Assembly (NCBI GenBank): GCA_963665115.1
Contig: OY762007.1
Location: 2,752,001 to 2,816,000, forward strand
Origin: an uncultured Rivularia sp.
GTDB lineage: Bacteria; Cyanobacteriota; Cyanobacteriia; Cyanobacteriales; Nostocaceae
Reading direction: 5' to 3'
DNA: 64,000 bases
The notes below the pieces were generated by a model. That model saw nothing but the letters and a program-made list of their open reading frames with translations, was not told where the DNA came from and ran no database searches. Below, piece after piece: positions 13,368 to 24,953 of this stretch (positions within the stretch are counted from its first letter, which is position 1; each line of letters starts with the position of its first letter). Made by a program: the position numbers and the translations under genes.

Positions 13368-13487
13368 TAGCCCTTTTCATTAGTTTTAAAGGGCTTATTT
13401 TTCTCAAAATTATTTTCTCCCGCTGCTCTCCTGCTTCCTCTGCTCTCCCTGCTTGTCAAAACCCATCAACTTTAATGAAAAGGAGTA

Positions 13488-14378
13488 CTATCTACGCTTC
13501 ACTTCGGTAACTTCGTGCAAAACCCTCTCAGAACGTTTTATCTTTCTTGTTCTCGGACGAGTTAATATACCTTGCGAAGGACTGAATAATAATGCTAATA
13601 AAAATAATCCGCAAATAAATAATACAATTGATGCGCCAGAAGGCACGTTTTGATAATAACTAATATATAAACCGCCAACGCTACCAAAAATACCGATTAC
13701 AGAACCCAAAAGCATCATTTGATGTAGCTCTTTTACTAATAAAAAAGCAGTGACTCCGGGACCAATTAATAAAGAAATTACTAACACTACTCCCACAGCT
13801 TGCATACTAGCAATAATTGTTAATGTAATTGCTGCCGTCAATCCAAACTTAATAACATTAACTGGTAAACCGCTTGCTTGTGCGCCTAATGGGTCAAAAG
13901 TGTAAAATAGCAATTCCTTATAGCAAATTTTAACTAAAAGTAAAGTAACAATTGTAATTATTAAAGTTCTAAAAACATCTTCTGTTGTCACCCCTAAAAT
14001 ATCCCCAAATAAAAAGTGATGCAAATCGACTTTGCTTTTCAGGACGCTAATTAGCATGATACCCAATGCTAAAAAACCCGAAAACACCAAAGCCATCGCA
14101 GCATCAACTTTGACCCGAGACTGGGATTCTATCCAAGCAATTACAAAAGTGCTGAAAGTCCCGCAAACAAACGCACCCAAGAAAATATCAATCCCAAGAT
14201 ATATTGCGATCGCAATTCCGGGTAAAACAGCATGAGCAATTACATCACCCAATATTCCCTGACGCTGTACTATCAGATAAGAACCTACAACAGAGCAAAG
14301 AATACCTAAACTAGCAGCAATCAAAAAGGCATCTCGCATGAATCCAAAACTAAGCGGTTCCAAAAGCAAATTTAACAT
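13488..14378 (-). CDS. znuB: Zn/Mn ABC transporter permease (ZnuB-type)
   Basis: GDVIAHAVLPG, HFLFGDILGV; the longer TTG start lies in a REP repeat, so ATG 14378 is used. Confidence 0.88.
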   Translation of the reverse strand: MLNLLLEPLSFGFMRDAFLIAASLGILCSVVGSYLIVQRQGILGDVIAHAVLPGIAIAIYLGIDIFLGAFVCGTFSTFVIAWIESQSRVKVDAAMALVFSGFLALGIMLISVLKSKVDLHHFLFGDILGVTTEDVFRTLIITIVTLLLVKICYKELLFYTFDPLGAQASGLPVNVIKFGLTAAITLTIIASMQAVGVVLVISLLIGPGVTAFLLVKELHQMMLLGSVIGIFGSVGGLYISYYQNVPSGASIVLFICGLFLLALLFSPSQGILTRPRTRKIKRSERVLHEVTEVKRR

Positions 14379-14484
14379 TATTGGTACGTAGTTGCGCTTT
14401 AGCGCCAAAAATCTTGAATAATAACTAATAACTGATGAACCACACCCTTTGGGTGAAAATTGATAACTGATAACTGATAACTGA

Positions 14485-15219
14485 TTAAGCCGACTTTGAT
14501 TCTCTATTCAAAAATAAAATATTATTGCCATAAGCACGCTGTAAATTTTCCGTTGTAACAACTTCTTTCATACAACCATCAGCGATAATATGTTTGTTTA
14601 ACAAGAATAAAGAATCACATTGAGCTAAAGTTTCACCTAAATCGTGAGTAATTAAAAATAATATTTTGCCATCCCTTCTTAATTCATTAAAAATATCAAA
14701 CATTATATCTTCAGTCGTTTTATCAATCCCCACAAACGGTTCATCAAAAAATAATAAATCAGCTTGCTGTGCTAGCGCTCTAGCTAAAAATACCCGTTGC
14801 TGCTGTCCTCCGGATAACTCACCGATTTGACGGGAACGAAATTCCCACATCCCCACTCTATGCAATGCAGATTTAACTATTTCTTTAGACTTCCGATTTG
14901 GCTTGCGAAACCAACCCGTACTAACAGTACGAGCCATCATCACCACATTCTGCACCGTAATTGGATAATCCCAATCTACTTGAGTTCTTTGAGGTACGTA
15001 AGCAATGGAGCGCAATCGCTTGTGGATGGGACAGTTACAAAATTTAATAGTGCCATGTGAAACCGGAATTAAACCGAGTATCGCTTTAACCAAAGTGCTT
15101 TTACCAGCCCCATTTGGACCGATTACACCAACCATCTGTCCGGGGAAAACGCGAAAGCTGACATCCTCAACAGCCACTACACCCCGGTAATCTACATCCA
15201 AATGTTCTACTTCTAGCAC
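14485..15219 (-). CDS. znuC: Zn/Mn ABC transporter ATPase (ZnuC-type)
   Basis: [29 protein letters not shown]. Confidence 0.88.
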   Translation of the reverse strand: MLEVEHLDVDYRGVVAVEDVSFRVFPGQMVGVIGPNGAGKSTLVKAILGLIPVSHGTIKFCNCPIHKRLRSIAYVPQRTQVDWDYPITVQNVVMMARTVSTGWFRKPNRKSKEIVKSALHRVGMWEFRSRQIGELSGGQQQRVFLARALAQQADLLFFDEPFVGIDKTTEDIMFDIFNELRRDGKILFLITHDLGETLAQCDSLFLLNKHIIADGCMKEVVTTENLQRAYGNNILFLNRESKSA

Positions 15220-15233
15220 TAATTTCTCCTGTA

Positions 15234-15248
15234 TGATAATGATTATTA
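15234..15248. promoter_or_regulatory. Zur box upstream of znuC
   Basis: TGATAATGATTATTA, 1 mismatch to the 7-1-7 TGATAATNATTATCA. Confidence 0.85.
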
Positions 15249-15291
15249 TTTATGTCAAAATTCTACTTCCCTTCCCGCAGTAGCTACTGTA

Positions 15292-15306
15292 TGATAACGA
15301 TTATCA
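15292..15306. promoter_or_regulatory. Zur box upstream of znuA
   Basis: TGATAACGATTATCA. Confidence 0.88.
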
Positions 15307-15332
15307 TTTTACTGCAATATTCCTAATAACTG

Positions 15333-16400
15333 ATGTTTAGAAAACTACCTCTAAGCGCGATTACAGCATTAACATTAGCTCTTGGTTTAATTAGCTGTAG
15401 TGGTAACGAGCAAGTCAATTCCAATTCTGGTACAGAAGAAAATTCTGCCGTAAATACTAGCAGTACTGTAACGGGGGAGCGTCCTTTGGTTGTTGCGACT
15501 ACAAGCATCATATGTGACCTCACAAAACAAGTAGCGGCTGAAACTGTTGACTTGAAGTGTTTAGTAGATCCAGGTCAAGACCCCCACACATATCAGCCCA
15601 AACCAGATGACCGCAAAGCAATCGAGCAGGCTAATTTAGTTTTATACGGTGGTTATGATTTTGAACCCAGTATTATTAAGTTAGTTGAAGCAAGCAGTAA
15701 TGAAGCTCCGAAAGTAGCGATTCATGAAGTTGCTGTTCCGAAGCCAATTATTGGAGAAGAACATGACCACGGTCATTCCGGACATAAGGGAGAAAAGCAC
15801 GACGACCACGACCACGAGAAAGAAGAAAAACACTCAGAAGAAAAAGCACCAGACCCCCATGTATGGCATAATCCTCAAAATGGGGTGCAAATGGTCGAAG
15901 CTATTCGTAGTAATTTAGAAAAAGTTGCTCCAGATAACGCTCAATTGTATGCAACCAATGCCGAGAAAATCACTGGGGAAATTAAAGAAATAGATAGCTG
16001 GATTAAAAAGAATGTAGCTACTATTCCTGAAAATCAACGTAAATTAGTCACCACTCACGACGCTTTAAGCTACTATACCCAGGCATATAATATTGACTAC
16101 GAGGGTGCAATTGAAGGTTTGAGTACTGAAGTACAACCAACAGCAGCAAGAATAGGTGAACTTTCAAAAGAAATTAAGCAAGAGAACGTACCGACAATTT
16201 TTGCTGAAAGTACTCATAGTCCAAAAATAATTGAAAGAGTTGCTCAAGAAGCGAACGTAAAAGTTTCTCCAGAAAAACTATATGCTGATGGCTTAGGTGA
16301 ACAAGGTACTGATGCTGATAGTTATCAGAAAATGTTAGTTGCTAATACTAAAGCTATTGTGGATGGTTTGGGAGGTCAATATACAGCTTTCCAAAAATGA
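15333..16400 (+). CDS. znuA: Zinc ABC transporter substrate-binding lipoprotein
   Basis: Lipobox LISC, DPHTY, His-rich loop, DPHVW, HDALSYY; Zur boxes upstream. Confidence 0.9.
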   Translation: MFRKLPLSAITALTLALGLISCSGNEQVNSNSGTEENSAVNTSSTVTGERPLVVATTSIICDLTKQVAAETVDLKCLVDPGQDPHTYQPKPDDRKAIEQANLVLYGGYDFEPSIIKLVEASSNEAPKVAIHEVAVPKPIIGEEHDHGHSGHKGEKHDDHDHEKEEKHSEEKAPDPHVWHNPQNGVQMVEAIRSNLEKVAPDNAQLYATNAEKITGEIKEIDSWIKKNVATIPENQRKLVTTHDALSYYTQAYNIDYEGAIEGLSTEVQPTAARIGELSKEIKQENVPTIFAESTHSPKIIERVAQEANVKVSPEKLYADGLGEQGTDADSYQKMLVANTKAIVDGLGGQYTAFQK

Positions 16401-16711
16401 TAATTCATGCGTTTAGGGTCAAGTAATTAATAAATAATCAATCTGATTCCCTTGCAGGTTGCAGTATTTAGTACCTCAATCAGACCTTTTGTCGAAAAAC
16501 TAGGTTTTTTTAGAATGCATCAAACTGAAAATTTTGGCGATTAGTTAAGTTGTTTGTGAAGAAATCTAGAAATCTGGTTGATTATTTATTAGGTTTGGGT
16601 GTACTCCAGTTTTATTATGAATTAATAGTTAATCAATATCAGGGTCAAAATAGGTGGTGTAGGCATCTCTCACCATCTGCATTTATTCGCATATCTGTAT
16701 TCTAAATTTAA

Positions 16712-16721
16712 GTGTGAGGAG
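16712..16721 (+). promoter_or_regulatory. Candidate Yfr1 sRNA target site overlapping the porin RBS
   Basis: GTGTGAGGAG is complementary to 10 of 11 nt of the Yfr1 motif ACUCCUCACAC. Confidence 0.65.
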
Positions 16722-16730
16722 AGAATAATC

Positions 16731-18290
16731 ATGAAGAAAGGCTTGTGGAAGTTTCTACTAGTTAGTCCCGTTGTGTTTGCAACATCATTATTAATTAATG
16801 ACAGCGCTGTTGCACAAACTCAAACCCAAGAAGAAACCTTAGAACAAGTTACTTCTGTTTCTCAGTTTTCTGATGTACAGCCTACAGATTGGGCATTTCA
16901 AGCATTACAGTCTTTAGTAGAGCGTTACGGTTGTATCGCAGGTTATCCAAATGGAACTTACCGAGGAAATCGGGCTTTAACTCGTTATGAATTTGCTGCT
17001 GGTTTGAATGCTTGTTTGAATAGAGTCAATGAGTTGATTGCAAGCGCAACCGCAGACCTAGTTACTAAAGAAGACCTTGCAACCCTACAAAGGCTACAAT
17101 CAGAATTTTCTGCGGAATTAGCAACTCTTAGAGGAAGAGTAGATGCAGTAGAAGCACGTACTGCTGAATTAGAAGCAAATCAATTCTCTACAACTTCTAA
17201 ACTCGAAGGTGAAGTAGTCGTGGGGATTACAGATGTATTTGAAGGAGATACAAACGACGACAATACTACATTGGGTGCAAGAGCGAGAATCAACTTTGCT
17301 ACCAGCTTTACGGGAAAAGACACCCTATACACCAGACTGCAAAGCAATAATATAGTTGGTCCCGATATTGGTACACCTGAAGGAAGTTTAGCCTTTGCTG
17401 GTGAGAGCGGAGATAATGACGTTGAACTAGATGCACTTTGGTACGCTTTTCCTTTAACTGAGAGTACTAACGTCATCGCGATCGCAAATGCAGGTGCAGC
17501 AGATGATGTTGTAGATACAGTAAACTTATTTGATGGTGATGGAACTGAAGGAGCTTTATCTAGCTTTGGTACTCGTAACCCCATCTACGGAGCAATGGAT
17601 GGTGCTGGTTTAGGAGTTACCCAAGAGTTCGGCAAGAATCTATCTTTGAGCTTGGCTTATTTAGCCGGTTCTGCAAGCGACCCAACTCAAGATAATGGTT
17701 TATTCAACGGTTCCTACGGTGCATTAGCACAGTTGACCTTTGCACCAAGCGAACGCTTTAAGGTTGGTTTAACCTACATCAATTCCTACAATCAGTTCAA
17801 TGGTTCTGGTAGTAGCGCTTCTAACTTCAATACAGTTTCACCATTGGATAATATATCTACCCTCGCAGATACTCCTTTTAGTGCCGATTCCTATGGTATC
17901 CAAGCATCATTAGGAATCAGTAAAAACCTGGTATTAGGTGGTTGGGCTGGTTATACTAATGCTCGTAATTTAAGTACATCCGCAGCTTTCCCAGACCGTG
18001 GAGAAGCTGAGATATGGAACTGGGCTGTAACTTTAGGATTACCCGATTTTGGTAAGAAAGGTAACTTAGCTGGGATTATCTTCGGTGTGGAACCCAGACT
18101 TACTAGTTCTAGTATTGATGGTTTGAATGAAGATCCAGATACTTCTTATCACATTGAAGCATTTTATCAATACCAGATTAACGACAATATCGCCGTTACC
18201 CCCGGTGTGATTTGGTTAACTGCACCAGACCACAACGAAAATAATGATGATGTAGTAATTGGTACTTTCAGAACTACTTTTACTTTCTAG
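16731..18290 (+). CDS. Cyanobacterial SLH-domain porin (OprB/Som family)
   Basis: QVTSVSQFSDVQPTDWAFQAL...TRYEFAAGL SLH region; C-terminal RTTFTF. Confidence 0.95.
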   Translation: MKKGLWKFLLVSPVVFATSLLINDSAVAQTQTQEETLEQVTSVSQFSDVQPTDWAFQALQSLVERYGCIAGYPNGTYRGNRALTRYEFAAGLNACLNRVNELIASATADLVTKEDLATLQRLQSEFSAELATLRGRVDAVEARTAELEANQFSTTSKLEGEVVVGITDVFEGDTNDDNTTLGARARINFATSFTGKDTLYTRLQSNNIVGPDIGTPEGSLAFAGESGDNDVELDALWYAFPLTESTNVIAIANAGAADDVVDTVNLFDGDGTEGALSSFGTRNPIYGAMDGAGLGVTQEFGKNLSLSLAYLAGSASDPTQDNGLFNGSYGALAQLTFAPSERFKVGLTYINSYNQFNGSGSSASNFNTVSPLDNISTLADTPFSADSYGIQASLGISKNLVLGGWAGYTNARNLSTSAAFPDRGEAEIWNWAVTLGLPDFGKKGNLAGIIFGVEPRLTSSSIDGLNEDPDTSYHIEAFYQYQINDNIAVTPGVIWLTAPDHNENNDDVVIGTFRTTFTF

Positions 18291-18331
18291 GAATTAGTCT
18301 TCCATTCTCGATTAGCAAAGTAATATACGTT

Positions 18332-18382
18332 GCGGTGCTGTATGGAATGCTTTTGTATTCCATACTCACCGCTTACTTTTTT
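18332..18382 (+). terminator. Terminator after the porin
   Basis: GCGGTG..GTATGGAAT / ATTCCATAC..CACCGC stem plus T-run. Confidence 0.7.
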
Positions 18383-18394
18383 GTTCTATTTATT

Positions 18395-18599
18395 GGCGTT
18401 GCTGTTAGCGTTCACGCAGAGCGTGCGGCTCAGCCGTTAGCCATATAAAAATATGAATAGCCCCCCAGCCCCCAATTATGGGGGAGAAATGTATTTCAAA
18501 GTCCCCCATTAACCCCAGCATTGGGGGTCACGGGGGCAGGGGATTTAGGGGGCACAATGCCCGATAGTAAATAAATTCATATCGCCATGAGGCAACGTC
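18395..18599. mobile_element. MITE with GGCGTTGC ends and an 8-bp target duplication
   Basis: TATTTATT at 18387-18394 and 18600-18607; related copy at 31918-32059. Confidence 0.8.
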
Positions 18600-18695
18600 T
18601 ATTTATTAATTCTTGGTTTCCAATGACATTTCAAACACTTTCTCGAAATTACATTACATCAAAAACTAAAAAATTTTCTCCAAAAACAACTATGA

Positions 18696-19745
<1,050 letters not shown>

Positions 19746-19978
19746 TTAGTACAGAATGAAATTCATTCTCAAGCTAAAAATTGTTTACTATAATTAAAAT
19801 AGCGTTAATAATTATTGCTCGTTAAATAGTTAGTTGAAAGACTGTAAATATACCCTGTAATTAGATTTTATTTGTGTAATTTATGAGGTGATATTTTACT
19901 GCGTCTATAATCGCAAATATCAGCTAATAACTAATAAGTAATAATTATTATTAACTAAAAAGCAATGAAATAAAAAAA

Positions 19979-20629
19979 ATGACTTTATCTTTTCGTCCCG
20001 AATTAAATTCTGCCGAGGAAGTTGTTTCATCTTTGTCTACACAAAATAAACCAAAGATTACGGATGAAGAAATGATGCAAGCCGTGAGAACTTTACTACT
20101 TGGATTAGGAGAAGATCCAGATAGAGAAGGACTTAAAGATACTCCTAAAAGAGTTGTGAAAGCCTTACAGTTTTTGACCAAAGGATACCATGAATCTTTG
20201 GACGAACTGTTAAATGGTGCAGTATTTACAGAAGATGCCAATGAAATGGTATTGATTCGAGACATTGATATTTTTAGTTCCTGCGAACATCATATTTTAC
20301 CAATCCTTGGTCGCGCTCATGTAGCTTATATTCCTAATGGTAAAGTCATTGGATTGTCAAAAATTGCCCGCATTTGTGAAATGTATGGAAGACGTTTACA
20401 AGTACAGGAAAGATTGACTTTACAAATTGCTGAAGCACTCGAAGGTTTACTCAAACCTCAAGGTGTGGCAGTAGTTGTAGAAGCAAGTCATATGTGTATG
20501 GTAATGCGTGGCGTACAAAAACCTGGTTCTTGGACTGTAACTAGTGCAATGCGTGGTGTATTTGCAGAAGATGCCAAAACTCGCGAGGAGTTTATGAATT
20601 TGATTCGACACAAGGCTAATTTTCATTAA
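19979..20629 (+). CDS. folE: GTP cyclohydrolase I
   Basis: [25 protein letters not shown]. Confidence 0.96.
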   Translation: MTLSFRPELNSAEEVVSSLSTQNKPKITDEEMMQAVRTLLLGLGEDPDREGLKDTPKRVVKALQFLTKGYHESLDELLNGAVFTEDANEMVLIRDIDIFSSCEHHILPILGRAHVAYIPNGKVIGLSKIARICEMYGRRLQVQERLTLQIAEALEGLLKPQGVAVVVEASHMCMVMRGVQKPGSWTVTSAMRGVFAEDAKTREEFMNLIRHKANFH

Positions 20630-20709
20630 TTAATAGCTTGAATAGAGGCAATGGTAAACAAAACTTCACCATTGCCTGCTAGCTATAAATTTAATATTTC
20701 CAAAATAAC

Positions 20710-20724
20710 TGAAAACGATTATCA
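20710..20724. promoter_or_regulatory. Zur box upstream of the GTPase/metallophosphoesterase module
   Basis: TGAAAACGATTATCA. Confidence 0.75.
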
Positions 20725-20785
20725 TTCACATATAGTTTATACTTAGAGTTAATAATTTCCCATCTATCTATCACTGATAACTGAA

Positions 20786-21562
20786 ATGGCTGTACCTTTA
20801 ATTAATGTTGTGGCAGGATGTGCGGGTTCGGGAAAGACTGCTTGGATTCATCAGCAAATCCAAGATACAACTGTCGAAGATAAAGATATTATTTATTTCA
20901 GTCCCGGTACTGGTAATGTTTCTATAGATAAAAACCGAATTGCAGCCGATTTTCCCCAAATACAAGTTTTTAGTGACAATCAAGAAGCTGATTTACTCAA
21001 GCAATTACCCGAAGCGAAAGCGGTTTATATCGAGTTGGGTTTTTATTTGCACTTGAGCAGTTTATCAGCATTATTAAATAATTTACCTTACCATCCTGTA
21101 GCTGTATTACCACCACATCTCAAAGATTCTGAATATCATGTTTGGGCTGATGAAATTATTCCAGGAGTTCAAGCAGAAACTAATTCATCTAAACATTTAT
21201 GGAGAGTTGTAACTGATACTCAAGTTATTGATGAAGATTCCTTAGAAGAGTTTTGGTATGAATTAACTCACGGTGCTTATGGTAAAGTTACTCGTGCTAA
21301 AGCAATTTTTGACGTTAATGATGGTAGAAGCATTTACTGTGATTTCGTTGCGGGTGTACCTCAAGCAGGTTTTTTGGAACTAAATTTACCTCGTTATTTA
21401 GAAGGTAGACCACAACGTTTTAGCGGTATTGAAGTAGCGGGAGAAAATTTGGATGAAACTGCTCTCAAACAAACTTTATCTGATTGTTTTTTACCAGATT
21501 CATTAATTAAACAGTACCAGCAAGAAGTTAAACAGATGTTATTAGAAGGAATGTCGGTATGA
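20786..21562 (+). CDS. Short, divergent COG0523-like P-loop protein with a CobW_C-like C-terminus
   Basis: N-terminal GCAGSGKT Walker A; YGKVTRAKAIF resembles CobW_C; no CxCC motif. Confidence 0.65.
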   Translation: MAVPLINVVAGCAGSGKTAWIHQQIQDTTVEDKDIIYFSPGTGNVSIDKNRIAADFPQIQVFSDNQEADLLKQLPEAKAVYIELGFYLHLSSLSALLNNLPYHPVAVLPPHLKDSEYHVWADEIIPGVQAETNSSKHLWRVVTDTQVIDEDSLEEFWYELTHGAYGKVTRAKAIFDVNDGRSIYCDFVAGVPQAGFLELNLPRYLEGRPQRFSGIEVAGENLDETALKQTLSDCFLPDSLIKQYQQEVKQMLLEGMSV

Positions 21563-22369
21563 AAATAGCAGTTATGTCATGTATTCACGGTAATATAGAG
21601 GCTTTGGATGCTGTTTTATTGGATATAGATAAATACAAAGCTGAAAAAATATTTTGTTTGGGTGATTTAGTTGGGTACGGTCCTTATCCTAATCAAGTAG
21701 TTGAAAAAATTCGTTCTTTAAATATTACTACTTGTGCTGGTTGTTGGGATGAAGACGTGGTTGAAGGTCTAAATGCTTGCGATTGTAGTTATCCTTCGAT
21801 GTTAGCAGAACAACGCGGTCTTATCGCTCATGAATGGACTAATAAACAGATAAAACCAGAAAATCGCGACTTTTTAGCTCAATTACCTCATATTATCAAA
21901 GAAGATAACTTGGCTTTTGTTCACGGTAGTCCCCACAGTAACCACGAATATTTATTACCAGAACTCGATGCATTTGTAGCATTAGAAAGAGTGATTTCAT
22001 CAGGTGCAGATGTGCTTTTTTGCGGTCATACTCACGCCCCTTATTACCGTAATTTAGATTCAGGTAAACTAAAAATTCGAGTGGAAAGCAAAGATTTATC
22101 TGAAGAAAAAAGTTTTACAGCTAACTTGAAAAAGATTATTAATGCGGGTTCGGTAGGAGAACCAAGACATGGACGACCCCAATGCAACTTATGTAATTTA
22201 TGACACTGACACTCAAGAAGTGATATTACGAGAAGTTACTTACGATTATCAAAAAACCTGTACAGCAATCGTAGAAAAAGGATTACCACCCATCTTTGCA
22301 TGGCGTTTAGCGCGGGGAATAGAGTTTGCAGAACGCGCAGACGATCCAACTCATGTTTGTACTAAGTAG
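21559..22369 (+). CDS. Calcineurin-like metallophosphoesterase, Cys-substituted; +1 frameshift near 22178
   Basis: SCIHGN, GDLVGYG, GCWDE, HGSP, GHTH, NAGSVGEPR; continues as NATYVIYD in the next frame; ATGA overlap with the upstream gene. Confidence 0.85.
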
Positions 22370-22484
22370 GGAATTGGGCATGGGGCATGGGGCATTGGGC
22401 ATGGGGCATTGTTGGGTTATGTCCTCCGGACATACTGGGAAGACGGTTCCTCAACCCAACCTACTAACTTCATGTTTTGATTGC

Positions 22485-22811
22485 TCAGCCTTTTGGATTA
22501 GGACCATATTTATTACTTCCTGGTTGGCTGTCGATGCAGAGAATCACAAAATTCACGATTGGAAAGAAAATCCACCAACCACTATGTCCTGTATCGTGCA
22601 TTCTACGAACAGAAACCGCAAAAGTTGGGATGATTGTCGCCAATGTATAAAAAGTATTTAGGATTTCGACGTCATTCCCTATAATCTGGTCTATGACAGA
22701 GAATACAACGGCAAAAATAACGTCAAATAGGGTAAACATCCAGTACGCCTTTCTTCGGGATCTACCGCTAAATACCCCATAGTTCTTAAGGGCATCAATG
22801 TACCATTTCAT
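22485..22811 (-). CDS. DUF805 (YhaH-like) inner membrane protein
   Basis: FSGRSRRKAYW, VRRMHDTGHSGWW, GSNKYGPNPK. Confidence 0.9.
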   Translation of the reverse strand: MKWYIDALKNYGVFSGRSRRKAYWMFTLFDVIFAVVFSVIDQIIGNDVEILNTFYTLATIIPTFAVSVRRMHDTGHSGWWIFFPIVNFVILCIDSQPGSNKYGPNPKG

Positions 22812-23146
22812 AGTTCTTCTCCAAAATCACAATTTTTGTTGATTTGTTAAGCAATCATCGCAACTCGATCTATATTACTTATTTCTTTTTGATAATATTA
22901 GTATATTAATTGACAAATTATTGAAAATAAATGAGGTACGACCTCGTATATAAAAATCCTTGTCTTATAGGCATACTTGGTCGTCTAAATATATCACTAT
23001 AGCAGTAGGTTGGGTTGAACGTTAGCGAAGCGTGTCCGTAAGGACATAGTGAAAAAAAACAAACACTCTGTTGGGTTTCGTTCCTCAACCCAACCTACGA
23101 ACTAACTATCTACTATCCACTAACAACTAACAACTAACTCATCATT

Positions 23147-23890
23147 ATGAAGTGGGCAATTTTAAGCGGTATTGAAGGTAATTTGGCAGCTTATGAAGCG
23201 GTGATGGCGGATATTAAACGTCAAAGTCGTTATATAGAAGCTTTATATATTCTAGGAGATGTGGTGGGACCAACTCCGGAGTCTGAGAAGCTGGTGGAAC
23301 GTTTGCTTCAGCCACAGTCTGGGTTAACACCACTCGTTTGTAAGGGATGGTGGGAGGAGCAATGTTTGATATTGCATGGTTTGTCTGCAAGTTCAGACGA
23401 GAACGATTTATTGGAAAAATTTGGTGGTGAGACAGTAAAATTACTATGGGATAATGTTTCTCGTCATACCGTGGAGTGGATACGAAATCTTGATTTTGGT
23501 TTCTTTGAGTTGGATTGTTTATTAATTCACGGTACAACTGTATCTGTGGATGAAGCACTAACTCCGGAAAGTTCTCCAGTTATTATGTTAGACCGGGTAG
23601 CACGTATGCAAGCCAATAATTTATTTTGCGCTCGTTCTGGTTCGACTTTTCAATATAATTTAGAAGCTGGTTCGATTGATACGGGAATAACTACCCTTGA
23701 TAATCAAACACCAAGTAAAACTATCAACGTCAGTCCACGTATGGTTGTAGGTGTGGGGAATGTGGGTAGAAAAACAGGAGAAGCAACCTATACTCTCTAC
23801 AACCCGAATAATAATCAAGTGGAATTTAAGACTGTTCGCTATGGGGTAAGTAAGGGGTTTGGAGTCAAGAAAACAACTGTTGGTTCTTGA
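23147..23890 (+). CDS. Degenerate metallophosphoesterase-fold protein
   Basis: SGIEGN, GDVVGP, GWWEE, HG and VGNVG align with metallophosphoesterase motifs, but several ligands are replaced. Confidence 0.75.
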   Translation: MKWAILSGIEGNLAAYEAVMADIKRQSRYIEALYILGDVVGPTPESEKLVERLLQPQSGLTPLVCKGWWEEQCLILHGLSASSDENDLLEKFGGETVKLLWDNVSRHTVEWIRNLDFGFFELDCLLIHGTTVSVDEALTPESSPVIMLDRVARMQANNLFCARSGSTFQYNLEAGSIDTGITTLDNQTPSKTINVSPRMVVGVGNVGRKTGEATYTLYNPNNNQVEFKTVRYGVSKGFGVKKTTVGS

Positions 23891-23978
23891 AGTTAATATT
23901 GGTTAACAATTAGCTCCTAAGTAACTACGAAAATTCTATCCCCGAACAACTTGCGTAACCTGCATTTAATGATATTAA

Positions 23979-24953
23979 TTAGCGTTTAGACTTTTCAATC
24001 ATAGAGAGCCATTCCTCCATCTCAAGAGGTTGTTGCCAATTAAACATGAGTACTATAAAATCATCAATTTGCTGCTCGTTTAACTGTTTGAGTTGACTAA
24101 CTATTTGTGGCGTAAGAGACGAAGCGCTAAACTTAGCCCGAATTATATTACTTGCCGACTCAATCTTACCTTCTAACCTAGCTTTGTTAATTTCAGCTTC
24201 ATACCAAGCATCGATTTCTTGCATCGTTTTCATAAAATCTTCCTCTTCTGGAGTTAAGCTATCAGTAGGTATATCTTTTAGGTAAACACAGTATTTGATA
24301 CATGCACTTATTATATCGTTTTTTTCCCTGCGGTCTTGAGATAACTGGTTGATTGATTCAAAAGCCATCTGAGCAGTTTTTTTATTTCCCAACATTTTCA
24401 ACCACATCGTTTCTGGACTATCTATCAGTTGCTCAATAATCACAATTCCCATCCGCAAAATTGGTGAAAGTCGATACACACCTACACCCAATTCTTCTGC
24501 TGGTTGAGCGTTACATAATATCAATAGTTTTTCACTGCAATTAACCGTGAGAATCCAGGTAAATGGATTTTGATTTTCAATTTGTTTTTTTGCTTCCTTC
24601 GACAGTCGCTCTCGACTTGTTAATTCCGATTTGGTTTTGGCGTTTTCTAGTAGTTCTTTCTGCTTTCTATCCCAGTACAAATTCTTTCTAGTAATCGATT
24701 TATTAATATCGGTTTCTTCTAAATATGAACTGTAATGTTCAATAATGAGAGTCGAATGCTGTTGCATTAACAAGTCGAATAAACCTAAATTTTCCTTCTC
24801 CCACCCGGACTTTTCTCGCTCGACTGTAAACATTAAATCAATTTCTAGGTCTTCATCATTACGGACTTGAATGTTTTGTAGAGTTTCCCCTTTAGTTTTA
24901 TATAAAGACTGGATATAAAACTTGAAGAAGCGGTCATGTTTGTACTGAGCCAT
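23979..24953 (-). CDS. Rpn-like PD-(D/E)XK-type protein with DUF4351-like C-terminus
   Basis: HDRFFK, LEIDL, IIEHY motifs; charged helical C-terminal domain. Confidence 0.6.
   Translation of the reverse strand: MAQYKHDRFFKFYIQSLYKTKGETLQNIQVRNDEDLEIDLMFTVEREKSGWEKENLGLFDLLMQQHSTLIIEHYSSYLEETDINKSITRKNLYWDRKQKELLENAKTKSELTSRERLSKEAKKQIENQNPFTWILTVNCSEKLLILCNAQPAEELGVGVYRLSPILRMGIVIIEQLIDSPETMWLKMLGNKKTAQMAFESINQLSQDRREKNDIISACIKYCVYLKDIPTDSLTPEEEDFMKTMQEIDAWYEAEINKARLEGKIESASNIIRAKFSASSLTPQIVSQLKQLNEQQIDDFIVLMFNWQQPLEMEEWLSMIEKSKR

Noticed and set aside
16627..16641. Zur box for the porin (AGTTAATCAATATCA)
   Set aside because: Three mismatches in very AT-rich DNA and ~90 bp from the start; not distinguishable from background
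22326..22661. 111-aa plus-strand ORF
   Set aside because: Made of STRR/REP sequence and antisense to DUF805
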